A stretch of DNA of 58,472 nucleotides, filler included, from Sphacelaria rigidula (taxonomy: Eukaryota), in assembly GCA_964200075.2 (NCBI GenBank). It is 5 parts of 5 records of this genome, joined end to end, with 100 filler letters (N's around TTAATTAATTAA, not from the genome) between each part and the next. Parts side by side here need not be neighbours in the genome. Positions count along the whole stretch, not along the records: positions 35,146 to 46,759 come from CAXNAA020004703.1; positions 46,860 to 58,472 come from CAXNAA020004704.1; 3 more parts are not named here. One strand, given 5' to 3'. The notes beneath the pieces were generated by a model. The model searched no databases. It was given only the letters and a program-made list of their open reading frames with translations, and was not told the DNA's origin. How positions within the stretch are numbered: the stretch's first letter is position 1; the number at the start of each line of letters is the position of its first letter. Below are positions 36,732-49,314 of this stretch, in pieces. The position numbers and the translations under genes are program-made.

Positions 36732-37724
36732 CGTGATAGTTCGTTGTGCCCAAGTTTTGCGTAAAATGTTCATCACGCCCCCCCTGAAGCCAACTACGTG
36801 AGCAGAACGCGAACGAGTTGTCGTAACATACATACAAAAGCATCGCACACTGGAACGCGGCGGAAACCTTGTCTCCTTCATACACCAAGAGGGAGATAAC
36901 TCGTGGTGTGCAGAGCGGGGGAGGGGGGGAGGCAACCTTGGTCGGCTTTTTGCGCATGAACATGTACGCAAGAAAATGCCGTGCAATTCTACCCGCTCCA
37001 ACAGCGTAAGCCAGACTGCTCCAATATTTTTGGGCAAAATTGAAACTCGCGAGATATTCATTTCAGCACCAACCCGGCATGCTGGCGGCCAACATCTACG
37101 CCTGCAGCGGTCATCCTCTACAATCTGGCAGGGTTGTCAGAGGCGGGATGCTCGGAATGGTCGGCCGCGGGCGATTGAAGGAAGAGCCAACTTCTTCATT
37201 TTTGCACGGCATTTTTTTCATTCTGCTCATCTGAATCACTGGCCTCATGAAGACTTACTCTACTTGACGTGTACTCTTGCCATTGGCTCACCGTTGGAAC
37301 GCCTTGGTTCACCCGCTTCGCTGTCGCCGTCGCTCATATCATCGTCTCTCTGCGCCCCGGGGACGAAATCGCCATCCGACTCTGACAGAAATCGAAAAAA
37401 TTGCATCAACCATGCACACAAGACAGCTCCGCGGTCAGCACTTTTGTACATAATAGGGTCCTCGTCCCCCCTATTCACAGGATGGGAAAGAAGTGCGAGT
37501 GTAGTGGAGCTAGCCAGGCCTCAGTATGCCATCTCACGAACGAGGGGCCAACTAAGGGATGGCATGGGAACGTATGTGGCAAGATGAGGAATACATGGGG
37601 TTATGACACCCCATGACTCTTACAGCCGTCTGTCATGCCATATGCCGATCATCCCAAACGAAAATTGAAACAACTCATCTATAATATCATCATGCCAACA
37701 AGTGGTACCTTGATTTACCACCAC

Positions 37725-37945
37725 CGACGACGAGGTCGTGGGACCGCCGAACTTCTTTCGTGTTAAAAACAGTCAGGCGGGCGCCGCAGAAGGTAAATGG
37801 GTTACAAACACAAAACAAAACAAAACAAAATAAGGGAAAGCTACTACTGTTGTGTTGACCTTCCTCTTGTGTGACCCCCGCTGATGCGCCCACATTCACC
37901 GAAAGGTGTGGACTTACGTGGGATGACAGGACACATGAAACACAC
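37725..37945 (+). mobile_element. tRNA-derived SINE, diverged 3' part
   Basis: tgtgttgaccttcctcttgtgtgacccccgctgatgcgcccaca..accgaaaggtgt. Confidence 0.7.
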
Positions 37946-38069
37946 TGTAGCATAGCTGCTCTTTCTCATACTATTTTGATCAGTATCTATTCAGCGATCC
38001 CTTCCTCTTTCAATCAGCGCAATTATCCCGGCAGGCGGGCGTGGGGGCGGGAAAGGAGGGGGGGGGGGG

Positions 38070-38160
38070 TGCACTCATGACGTTCATGCCGTAGCAGTGA
38101 AACCATTTGCCTAGAATTCCTGCAAAGCCGGGATGGAGCACGCCCGGTTATCCCCGGATC
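38070..38160 (-). mobile_element. Family A 3' fragment with TSD
   Basis: Flanked by A-G12 (38057-38069) and AGGGGGG (38161-38167). Confidence 0.8.
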
Positions 38161-40174
38161 AGGGGGGAGAGGAGGTTGAAAACGAGCGGTGGGTCGCACT
38201 ACTGGCATTTTCAGGTCAACATGCCCCTGGTGACGATAGCCCTGGATTTTCAACATACACCTTCCCATACTATCAGCAGGGAAAAGAAACAGTGTAGCCA
38301 CAAGTGTTGTGTGCGAAAGCACTGGCCGATACAAGTAGGAGCAAGATTTCCCTCCAAACGCGACTTTTGACGTCAATTTTTATTTGGAGAAAAACGAGGC
38401 TGGCAAATTCATCAAGATCCGGGGGGCGGGGGGGCAACATTGGCATCTCCCACCCCGACTGCCAGACCAGATCGAAGACGTACGTAATCCACGAAAGACT
38501 TTCAACGCAGATTGGAGTGCACGTTTGATATTCATGACGAAGTGGCATATGGTATGCCAACGCATGCAAAAAAAGCTCACGCGTCAACTTTCGGACAGAT
38601 TCAAAATTCACACATGGATTGCGATATACTACGAAGTGCAGATGAGCTAACGATTTCCGATCCCCATGCGTCAGTGGACAACGACAGAATCAGCTTCGAA
38701 AGGGGGTGGTATTCCCCGTAACCTGCCGGAGGTGACCGGTGTCGGTGCCCAACATGCGTGCAGAGGGAGAAGATGGCAAACACGAACATCGTACAATGCA
38801 TACAACATGTTGACATGAAGAATGATTGTTTTCTTTGACCCCTGTCTTATCCACAGTGGAATATATCCTGCAGGCGTCGCAGTTAGTCTGATGAGAGTTC
38901 ACGGACCATCCCGGAACAGCAGCCGAATCAGCTACATGTACCCGAGCTTGTTCGACAAAACGTTTTCAAGAACATCATTCCTTCGTGTTGTGCGCGTACA
39001 CAAGGGAAGTGACATTTGTCGAAGCTACTGCTACGGTATCGGACGAGGAACTAGGATAACGTTCTCACGCGCTTGCTGCGGCAAATGCTCAGGATATAAC
39101 AAGAGCTTAGAAACTGTCCACGCACGCAGTCCAGGACGCGATTTTTACATGTCTAGGCAGGTGAACCGCTACACACGATGAAGGGGAAGTGCAGCTGTCG
39201 ATTCCAAGCCTTGCATGGGCAAATACAGTCGAGAGCAAAATAATACGACCGACGCTGCATAGACGCGGGAAACCAGAAAGACTCATAACGCGGCACAAAA
39301 GGATTATACACTAGCTACCAACAACATCCCATTGCCAAGGACTGCCTCGCCCTTGACCCCCCCCCCCCCGCGCGCCCTCTCCCCGTGGCGGCAGTCCGCC
39401 TGCGGCCGCACCATCTGAACCCCCTCACTGGGCACCATTTGTCGAAATGAAAAATTCCTGTACTGGCACAATAACAGAAAACTGCATGCACTGGCGGAGT
39501 AAACTCAATAATTACACATCAAATCTGCTTATCACCACGACACACCAGAGAGGGCGTCGGCCCCGGGCGGGGTACACAGATCGCTGTGGAAAACCCATGA
39601 GCTGGCAGAAATGGCTGAGGTCTATCGACGGCACAGAAAGAACTGACAATCTAATGCCGGTACTGCCTGCCTGTGTTGTAGACATTTCGCCGTTACAAAA
39701 AGCAGGCCTTACCGTCTGAGCTAGCCATTTCCGCAGAGACTTTGACTGGTTACTATGCCCCCCCTTTCACCGACGTCAACCTATGCCACGGTTGCGCAGT
39801 TCCCTCAGTGCATCGCCACGTTTGCTGAATGTCGCGGTGTGAAACGTGATGAGGTGCCTCCTCAATTCAAGTTTCTGCGTTTTTCATGATGTTCTGTGAT
39901 TTTGACAAGTTCAGTTCCCGTTGGTCGAGTGCTTGCATGCATTTTGTTCCGACCATGCTTCATTTTACTGTTCCGAATACGCTGCATGAGTGTTGGTAAC
40001 CGTCAGTATATCTTCGGTCTTGCAAATGTTTGTATCCAGCGGGCGAGGACGTACGACGACGCTTTGTCACACCAACCCCAAGCATATGGTTGCCCTTCGT
40101 TTTTGACACTCTTTTACGAGGACGTAAATAGAGTACGTGGGCGGATTGCTGTTGCCTAAGATGCCCGGGGATAA

Positions 40175-40225
40175 GGTGAAAAGTGTATCATGACTGCGGT
40201 GAAAAGTGTATCATGACTGCGGTGA
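40175..40225 (+). repeat. Perfect 23-bp tandem duplication
   Basis: GGTGAAAAGTGTATCATGACTGC x2 followed by GGTGA. Confidence 0.95.
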
Positions 40226-42224
40226 CGGCTCGTAAGGCCCGGCGGGCACGGCACGCAAGAGCTCCGCGAGATATTGATAGCTCAAGGTGATGGACTGCTT
40301 TTGACTGTAATGTATGACATCGACACGAATTCTGTGAATGAGCAACGACATGGATTGGATAGGGAATGTGTACTTGCTTGAGTGTCTGTCGGCTGCGCAA
40401 CGATGCAACTTGCCACCAGCACGCTAACGCATCTGTGCAACTGGGGGGAGACGTTCTAAATGTTCCCATGCTTGTTGAATTCATAGGTGCAAGCAACACC
40501 AGTCTACCCTACTGTAAAGAGGGACAAACACCCGGAAATCATGAGAGTAGTAGGAGTAGTATTCATTGCGCACCGTGGCACTATGGTGCCGGGAAGTGAT
40601 GCTGTGTAGCGCCCGTGGTGATAATACGCCTCCTTAGCCTTCAGTCAGTTTTATCGAAAGCTGCAGCAGCCACGTCGCCGAAAGCTGTGTCGCTGGAAAT
40701 ATATGAAAAAGGCTCTTTGACAAACAAAAGTTATCGCGGGGGCGAGGACTTCGTCTTGGTGAAGATCAGGGTCGAAACCATTGCGTCCCTAAGGGGCGGT
40801 ATACCTCGTCATGAGATACACTAACTACACCTCAAGCTCTGTAGCGAGCAGTTCAGACAAGAGACACTCATTTATGCTCCCATTCTGCTACAAGTTTGTC
40901 GCATACAAGACCGCTTGCTATGCCGATAATTAATTAAGGAGTTTATATCTCGATCTCCTTCGTTCCTATACTCTAACTGGTGGCGGTGTCAGTGTGACGA
41001 GCAGCTCTACCTTGGATCGGTCGATCCACCATCGGCACAACCGCAGGAGATACGGCCAACAGAGCGAACCTGACTACGGGCACTCCGAAGACGAGCAGGC
41101 CCCCGCGAAGGTTTGCACTCGTTCGACATACAGTACGTGCCTGAACAGTATTGCTGCCGTGAAAACCCGACTCGCTATCAAGATCTATCATGCTTGGCCC
41201 AGGCTTAGCCTTCAAGTAACAATGCCCTCTAAGCCGTGTGTAAACTCGGGTTACTCGGTGGCATCAGAACATCGAGCAAGAGGAAGTAATACTTAGGTAG
41301 CTCATGAGCTGTCCGACGTGTGCAATTTTCAGAGCTGGTGGTTGAGATTTGATGCCGAATGGTGCGATTTCCAGATAAGCCAGTCGCAACCTCCTCGCAC
41401 AGTAATGCTGAGTGTACGGCCTCCTATGTAGGGGAAGCCCTGGCAAAGCCCTGCTGGGGTTCTCTCGGGGCCATCCTTAAGATGGCCTAGCTGTCAGTGT
41501 ATTTCATTCATTAAAAATCTTCTGCTCATTTTGCCCACTTTCTCGAGTTCCCTTCAGCGAGTGTTTCGGCTTCTTAACTCCGGGTACATCTGTTTTGTGA
41601 CCATGGCTGGGTTTGTGGCGGATCAGGTCATGAAAGAGAATCGAATCAACGAGCTGATCAAGCGAATAAGATCCCGCATTACCGAAGGATCCTCGCCCAC
41701 GGGAATTTCTCGACGACGTACTTGTGGACGGCACGACTTTCGTTGTCGTGATCGCCGCCTTGTACGAGAAAATCGAGGTCATACATCGTGTCGCTCCTAA
41801 TCATATGTCCCGTAAACCTGTTGTACCGCGTTCACCGCAACTGTCATGTTATCGTTGTACTAGCACATCAAATATGATGCCGGCTCTTACGAAGGGTACG
41901 AAGAGGGGAGAGATGATGACCAGCTTGGTCCGGAGGGAACAGAAAACGGCACGGACTTTTCTGAGATACAGGTACGATGCGTGTCAAGACCCTCTCCCCC
42001 TTCGGTTGTCGAAACAAGTATGCCACATCCATTCTCCTCCTGTTTTCATCCAAAGCATGTACCATGAGGGAGATGCTCCTGGAGATGTGTCACGTACAGG
42101 CCCAGCAGACTTCACATTCCTCGAACGACCGGTATAATTACTGAAAATCTTCATGATCTCGATTCGACTTGGCGCACATAGCGGTGCTTGTCAACCAACG
42201 GGTCAACAAAACGATTATTTATGG

Positions 42225-44100
42225 CATGTGAACTCCCCAAGCTTCGGATGGTCGGGGAGCCTTCGGGGATTCTGTATCACTTCCACAGCATCACCGTTGC
42301 TGTTTGGACATCTGGTGAGGTGCCGCAGGAATGGAAAGGCGCTACTATCAAAGTACTACACAAGGAGAAGGATAGAACCGAGTGTGGCAACTACAGGGAC
42401 ATCTCCCTCATGGTACATGCTGATAAATGTCTCCTCAAACTCTTAGCCGACACGCTCGGTAGTTTCTGCGAGGAGACAGGGGTTTTGCCGGGAAAACAGT
42501 GCGGATTCCGGCACCAACAATCGACCGCCGACATGGTATTCGTGAAACGCCACTGCAGGAGTTGGGACAGGCGAGCAAAGTCCTGCTAAACATGTACTTT
42601 ACCGATCTGCAGAAGACCTACGGCTTCGTAGACCGCGCGCTCGTGTGAGAAGTGCTCGCTCGGTCTGAAGTCCCATCGCGGATGATTAAGGTCATCCACG
42701 TTCACGATGGCACGCGAGCTCGGGTACAATTGGATGACGACGAAATATCAGCGTGGTTCCACGTCTGCCAGGGACTCAGGCAAAGATGTGTTTCGTCCCC
42801 GCCATTGTTCAACAACTTCGACTTGGTCGTGGTGATCCTACAGGGGCTTGCGGCAGACGCAGTCATCGTCTCAGACTTGTTATATTTAGATAATACGCCA
42901 AAAGGTGATGATGGTGACCCCCTGGAAGCGGCGCCAGTGGAGAAGGTGCGGCGCGCGGTGTGGGGATTGCCATGTGCGGATGACACCGGCGTAGTATCGA
43001 GGTCCCCAGATGGGCTTGCTAGAATGATGGCTGTGATGGTAGTGACCTGCTGAAAGTTCGGGTTGGGGACGTCGGAGAGCAAGACAGAGTCCGTGCGCCT
43101 GCGGTCAGTACCCAGCTCTTCAGAGACTACAATGCGCGCTAATAGGGCAGGCAGGTCAACGGTACAAGGAGACGGTCGGGCTTTGTCTACCTTGGTGGTG
43201 CTGTCAGCCTAGATACGAATATTTCTATCAGAATCAACGCCCGCACCAATGCTGCGTTGGAACACCGCCCAATCTATAGCTCCCAATCCTACGATCGACC
43301 CAACACCCAGCCAACCTCTGCAAATCCGGCTAGTTGAAGCGAACGTGGTGGGCATTCTGCTGTACGGATGTGCTACGTGGACGCTGCGTCCAGAGGACTT
43401 CGACAGCCTACGCTCTGCACACCACAAGCTTTTGTTGCGAGTAGTTGGATTCCGCAGGAAATCGCGAACAAGCTACAAGACTCTTCCGTACAGAGATGTG
43501 CTCGACATGACCAACTATCAACGTGTCGAGACGACCATCCGCAAGCTTCAACTCTGGTTCGCGGGGATCCTTGTCCGGCAGGACGGAGCATGTCTTCCAA
43601 AATGCATCGTATGTAGACGCATAGCCGCACGAGGGCCCAAGGAGGCTGCCACACACCCCACCCACCCCCCCCCCCAACACCACCCCACAACCCCACACAC
43701 ACTACACCACNNNNNNNNNNCGGGCGGGGGATGGTCTTCACAAACCAACCCTCTGTTGGCACACAGCCCCCCGGGGGCCCCAGGAGGGGCCCCCCCCCCC
43801 CCCCCCCCCCCCCCAAATACATCCCCCAAATACTTGGTTGACGGCCTCCAGGAGAACCTGCTTTCACTATTATAGGAGATCTTACGCACACAGGAGTACG
43901 ACGAAAGATGGTTCGTCTTTGATGTGAATCGCGAACGTGGGCAAATGACATCTTAGAATCAAGAAAAAGGCGAAAGGGCTCGAGGAGACGTGCGACGCGA
44001 GATCAAAATTCCAATCGGAACCTCGCAGCAAACGAGAAGCTGCTGCGTCGAGAGCCGCAAATTGGAGAGTCGCCACCGCTGACACCACAACAGCAACGGC
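42225..44100 (+). mobile_element. RTE-like LINE remnant (RT and C-terminus), 5'-truncated
   Basis: GEVPQEWK.ATIKVLHK.KDRTECGNYR.ISL, QCGFR, DLQK.Y..VDR, GLRQ...SP.LFN, CADD (YADD position) at 42973-42984, LLYGCATWTLR; frameshifts and stops. Confidence 0.92.
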
Positions 44101-44726
44101 TCGCGAGTAATCCAGGATGGAAATGGTAGAGAGAGCATCGCGTTTTGTACCCGACTAGGGATGAGTGGGGGCAGGCGGGGTCAAGCGGGTTAGACACAGA
44201 AACTGATCGACCCGTGCCTTCTCTTATATGTTTTCAACCTCTTCCTTGGCCTGTGTCCTTGTGGTATTCCTGGGCTGTGCCCCTGTTCATGTCCTACTTC
44301 ATGCTTATATTTCGTCGCTTACGCATTGTTCTTCCTCTCTGTTCCCCCCTTCTCCCTATCTCGCGCCGGTTATTCCCTCTCAGTGTTATGCAGTAGCAGT
44401 TCGGCGGTTTGCCTCCGTAGGGCTCATGGGGTGAGAGGTCATCCCCATATAATATGGTTCGTAATACTGAGCCGTAATCTGCTCCAGTGGCGTTCTGGTT
44501 TTGTTGTGTGGTGTTTCGTTTTTTTTATGGTTGCACATGTTTTGTTTTGCGCACGTCTTTTTCTTTTCCGCTTTTCCAGCCCTTCTCCTTCTCGTTCTTT
44601 TCCTTTTTTCTGCTTTGGCTTCCTTCTTGTCATTTGTTTGTTTTGCTTCAATTTTTGTTGTTGAGTTTACTCCGTTCATTCCCCAAATGAGTACGCCCTC
44701 CCCCCCAAAGTCTCGAACTTTCCTTT

Positions 44727-45231
44727 CGAGGGTTGGCGTCGTGTGGCAACGGCGCTGTAAAGTATGCCCCTCACTGCGTAAGCTAGGCAACCAGGTTACC
44801 GTTCTTTATTTTCGCTTGATTTTTTTTGTGGTAACCATGACGGTGGTCGAGCTGGATCATATTGTGCGGAGTGGAGAATCTCAACTCCGCGCAAAGGGGA
44901 TGGTCGTACTGCGAAGTGTTTGGATGGTGAGATACCCATGAGGCGATGGGGAACCCTCGGCTTTCTCTGGAAGTGGCGATACCATAAAATAAAGCAACTC
45001 ATTGTAAGCTGCCATTCATATGCAAGATACTTAGTACGCTTCGGGAAAAACATTCTTGGCAGGATGCAGCTCACCTTTCATGCGACTCGCCGAACACATC
45101 ACGGCGCTTCGCGCTTGGTGATTGATTGCGAGACTGATCCAGCGAAAGCCCGGCGTGCTCCGTCCCGGCTTTGAAGGGATGCGAGGTCAATGGTCATATG
45201 ACTACGGCATGCATGATCGTGAGGACACCCC
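44727..45231 (+). mobile_element. Family A retroposon, apparently full length (~505 bp, non-coding)
   Basis: Colinear with 23432-23897; 3' ~70 nt homologous to the family B LINE terminus. Confidence 0.85.
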
Positions 45232-45300
45232 GTCTCGAAAGGGATGCGTGGTCAATGGTCAAATGGCTGAGGCAAGCAACAAACGAGTACGCCCCCCCCC
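45232..45300 (+). mobile_element. Family B 3' fragment inserted in the C tail of family A
   Basis: gtctcgaaagggatgcgtggtcaatggtcaaatggctgaggcaagcaacaaacgagtacg followed by C9. Confidence 0.85.
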
Positions 45301-45615
45301 TCTCCTCTTTTTTAGCGAGCGTTCCCGTTTTCTTCATCTTAGGTACGTCTATCTTGTGAATAATGACCACGACTGGGTCCCTCAGGGATCATGTCATCTG
45401 TAACAATAAAAAAAATTAGTAGGAATAGGCACGAAACAACCGAAGAACACACGGAAGGAAGCCATCCAGGTAGGCTTAATCATTTTCGCCCACTTGACTG
45501 CCACGTTCGGTGCGCGAACCCAGCCCGGTCCTCATTGGAAGACCGCAAGAAAGCCGGCACATTCATAAAAAAATTGGCGACGTGTTTTGAACTTGCACTC
45601 CCGATTTTGGAGCAG

Positions 45616-45774
45616 GTTCCAGAGGAAGCACCGCCAGATTTACTCTGCGAAGAATGTGAACGGCGCTATGCGGTGGGTCGCTGTATGGACTGCGACGAGA
45701 CCCTGTGCGCGGTGTGTCTGGCTGTACTGCACATCCCGAACGCTTGTGGGCAAGCTCATATGCACTTGGCTCAG
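45616..45774 (+). CDS. Internal exon encoding a B-box-type zinc finger
   Basis: gagcag / GTGTGG, 159 nt, phase 0/0; CEEC......C.DCDETLCAVC...LH........H. Confidence 0.8.
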
Positions 45775-46759
45775 GTGTGGGCGGACACCCCGTCTCTCGT
45801 CCACACGCACAAGTATAAGTTCACAATAGTTCGAAAATGCTCGATGTGCGTGGAAGATGCAGGAGTTTTCGCGTTAGCTTGCTACTGTTTTCACTGATGG
45901 CGTGAGCTGTTTAACTGGATGACGAATCATGTATGATTGGGTAATGTCGCCCATGTTGGATAATTCATGGCCTGAGCGATGTTCGTTCAGTCGACGCGAA
46001 GGGTACCCTCGTTCGCGTCTGGTTCACATCAGTCCTTTTATTCAGACCTGCGGTCGGAGTATGGAGACCCCCTCCCCCCCAAGTGAAATTAACACATCAC
46101 ATAAGCATCACCCTTTTTGACGGGAGGTACGCCCTCCGGTACCTAGCTGCAGAGGGCACTTCGTGCTCTAAAAATGAGAAGGCACACTACACGAATATCT
46201 CAGGTGCGAGAACATCTGAGCAACGGTATTGCCAGCAAGGTGAAAGAAAAATCACAAAAATTACCGCAGGAGGAGAAAGTAGATTAATATATATACACAT
46301 ATATATTTCCTCTTTTCAGAACATACACAAGAAACAAGAACAACATAATTTGAAGTGGAGGATGACCAAGCGATGTCGCAATCCGATTGGTAGGCGGGGC
46401 GCAACTTGCCAGAAACAAGCAGTTTTGTGAGGGTGTTTAGTACATCGGCACACTCCGTCATGTGCACTTTCGTGGGATGAAGCGTCGTCAAGCTCCCGAC
46501 ATGTCGCTGACTATGAACATCTAGAGCGATCTCAGTACGCCATATTTCTTCAGGAGCAGCATCTCAAACGTGGCTTATTCGGGCAAAAAATTGGTATCGT
46601 GAACACCAGCCGCCCTGTCGTGCTCCGTCTCGAAAGGGATGTGCAGTCAATGGGCAAACGACTAAGGCGAGCAACATGTTCACGGTTAGGACGAATTATC
46701 ACGACTAAGAATCACCAAATCCACGATTTCTTCGACCTGATTGCCCAAAAGAAAAAAAA

Positions 46760-46859
46760 NNNNNNNNNNNNNNNNNNNNNNNNNNNNNNNNNNNNNNNNN
46801 NNNTTAATTAATTAANNNNNNNNNNNNNNNNNNNNNNNNNNNNNNNNNNNNNNNNNNNN
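46760..46859. other. Artificial contig spacer
   Basis: N44-TTAATTAATTAA-N44. Confidence 0.97.
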
Positions 46860-48534
46860 ATGCGCGCCTGTGGGCCACCGCGCAATATTGTCCCAACATT
46901 GTTCTGCCATTCCATTCAGGCAACGGTCATGAATGTTCCGACATGCTACACATGTAAACTTCTCGTCTCATCATCGGAACAGGCGCCGCGAGACCTGTTG
47001 TGAATAAAACTTACTCATTTCCTGATCGTACTTTCGACGCTCGATTTCCCGGTAACATTGTTGGCTGTGCCGACAGAATATTGCACCATTGTACGAGATA
47101 AGCGTTGTGTCCATTAATGCAGGCACAACCCGCCGCAGAGAGCCTCGAAAAGCCTACTCTCAATCGCACCATCCACTCTCAATCTCACGAAACTACTGTT
47201 ATTATTGAACCCCGCCCCCTTTTTGGTGGAGCACGTTTTGGGTTTTTGCGTTTTGGGTGGAAAGTATAATATACATTTATCAACAAGGGGATCGATTCAA
47301 CAACAGAGGTCCCACGACCTTTCTCAAACATAGACCCTTGCGCCGAGTAAGAAATTCAGCCTTTAAAGCACTGCACAGTTTCCCTGAACCCTGCCTGTAG
47401 ACATGCCTCACAGGGTGCTCTCTGCCCACGTGTGTGTGTAGTCTGTCTCACGACACACCGCATGCGCGCACAACGCAATAATAAACCAATAACCTGGAGT
47501 CGCCGTCGGAATGAAATGTTCATGGATGCCCCCAGGAATTCCTCCCTTCCCGTTGCCGTTTCCTCCGCCTAAACAGGTCGCGGAAATGCTGTGGCGGTGC
47601 CTCCTGGGTTACATCTCGGATGTCAGTATATTGTTGATGGTGCATGAGAAGAACCAGAATAATACGGACAAAAACACATCGCCTCGGCCAAAAACACTGC
47701 CAGCTGACCGAGAAGGTCGGCCCGCACTTGCACTACGGTACGCGTTGGCCCTTTTCGGATTTGCTGCCGAGAGGTGTGGGGCCTTATTAATTGGCGGACG
47801 TGTTTGGAGTGGGAAACAGATATCCTCGTCTCTCTCTCGCGCGCGCCGAAGATTTGCTAGACAGTGGGCATACATACTACCGTCTTTCTGGAATCGCAGC
47901 GACGACCTCCGGCGACCGTGCGACCCTCGTGTGCGTATTGGCAGTGTCTTTCTCTTGTTTCCATTTCTGCTGGGTAGTACAGCAGGGGTTCTTCATATGT
48001 GGTTTCAGTGCTGTGCGACATTACGTGCGGTGACAAGATTGCAAGCGCAAGTAAAACGTACAAGCAGGTACAAGATCGCGGTTCAGATACCAAAATGGAC
48101 AACGACCACTGTATATTTAAGAAATAGAAAATGACCGCAATAATTGAACGACGTTTACCCATGATGTCGGGTTTTCGACAGTATACGTCGGGAATTTGTG
48201 CGCTGGGAGGATAAAATTGAGCCAGAGTTCTTGCATGACGTAGCCGCAGAATTTTCCTAACCTTTGCTCAACAAGATTCCCGTTGGATGAGCTCTCAAGC
48301 TTTCTGACACTTTAGTGTCTTGAGGGGTGGTGTAAAGCGTGACACTCGATAAGTCGGGAACACGAAGCTGGTGGTTTGTCACCAAACGACCACCCACCTC
48401 CAACCCTGCCTCGCAAGCCAACGCTCCTGCTACCGAACGCTGACCTCTGCGTGGTTGTGCTCCCCCCCCCACCCCCACATTCAGTGGCTCTTTTTCTAAG
48501 GACGGAGCGTGGAACTACCTCGATCTGCCCTCTG

Positions 48535-48697
48535 ATGGTGTCGACGGTGGACCTTGCGGTGATTCCTTTGATTCTACCATGGAAACTAGGCTCGTTGCCT
48601 TTCGAAGCCGTGTTGCGAGCGTTCGGGTACTTGAAGCCGCCGGTGCCCGATGTTGACATGTCCGGCAAAGTAATCATAGTCACAGGAGCCAACACAG
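48535..48697 (+). CDS. Short-chain dehydrogenase/reductase (RDH11/12-like), exon 1 (start uncertain)
   Basis: ...DMSGKVIIVTGANT; the TGxxxGxG motif is completed by exon 2; phase-1 GT donor; a possible acceptor at 48500 could add upstream exons. Confidence 0.85.
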
Positions 48698-48875
48698 GTC
48701 CGTAAATATTCCTGTACTTCTTGTTCTTGTAGTTGACAGTATCATTGCACATGTTACAGTGCTGTTATGAGGACAGACGAGGATTCGAGAGATGACGTTT
48801 TCGTGAGATTAAGAGTAAAGCGCTGATTGAGAGTGTATTTGATCGATCGCTTTGACTTAGCCAATTATTCACCCC

Positions 48876-48906
<31 letters not shown>

Positions 48907-49314
48907 GCCCTGTATCACTGGCGTGTGCTTACAGCTACACGTCGATATCCTACTCGGGGATATCATGGGCCTCAGTGCCAAGCTACTGCAAAAAGCATAT
49001 TGGGCCTCGTGGAGGGGCATTTCGGAACTGAAACAAATCATTCACTAATTGTCCGCTTTTCACTCTCAATCGCATCCTCCACTCTCAATTTCACGAAAAC
49101 ATAGTTAGATGCGGTTCAAGGGGTTACAGCATTACTATGCCACTATAACCCTTTGATGCCGTTCAAGAAAACATGCGACCAAAAGGCTCGAATTTCTTCA
49201 GCACAGGATGAATTCTTCAGTTTCTCGAAATAGGCAGATTTACAAATATCACTATAAAGTGCAGACCAACCTGCTGATGCACGACGCATGCTCTGCCGCC
49301 CTCAAGAAGAGGGG

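Noticed and set aside
41600-41900. Glycosyltransferase-like YDLDFLVQGGDHD on the minus strand
   Set aside because: Short motif surrounded by stops; cannot be supported by eye.
43650-43830. C-rich insertion in the RTE LINE giving Pro/His-rich ORFs
   Set aside because: Low-complexity sequence around an N gap; unreliable.
47511-48134. 207-aa ORF upstream of the SDR
   Set aside because: No domain, atypical composition and no convincing splice context; probably promoter or UTR sequence.
45616-48697. B-box/SDR fusion gene
   Set aside because: The exons are on different contigs separated by an artificial spacer.
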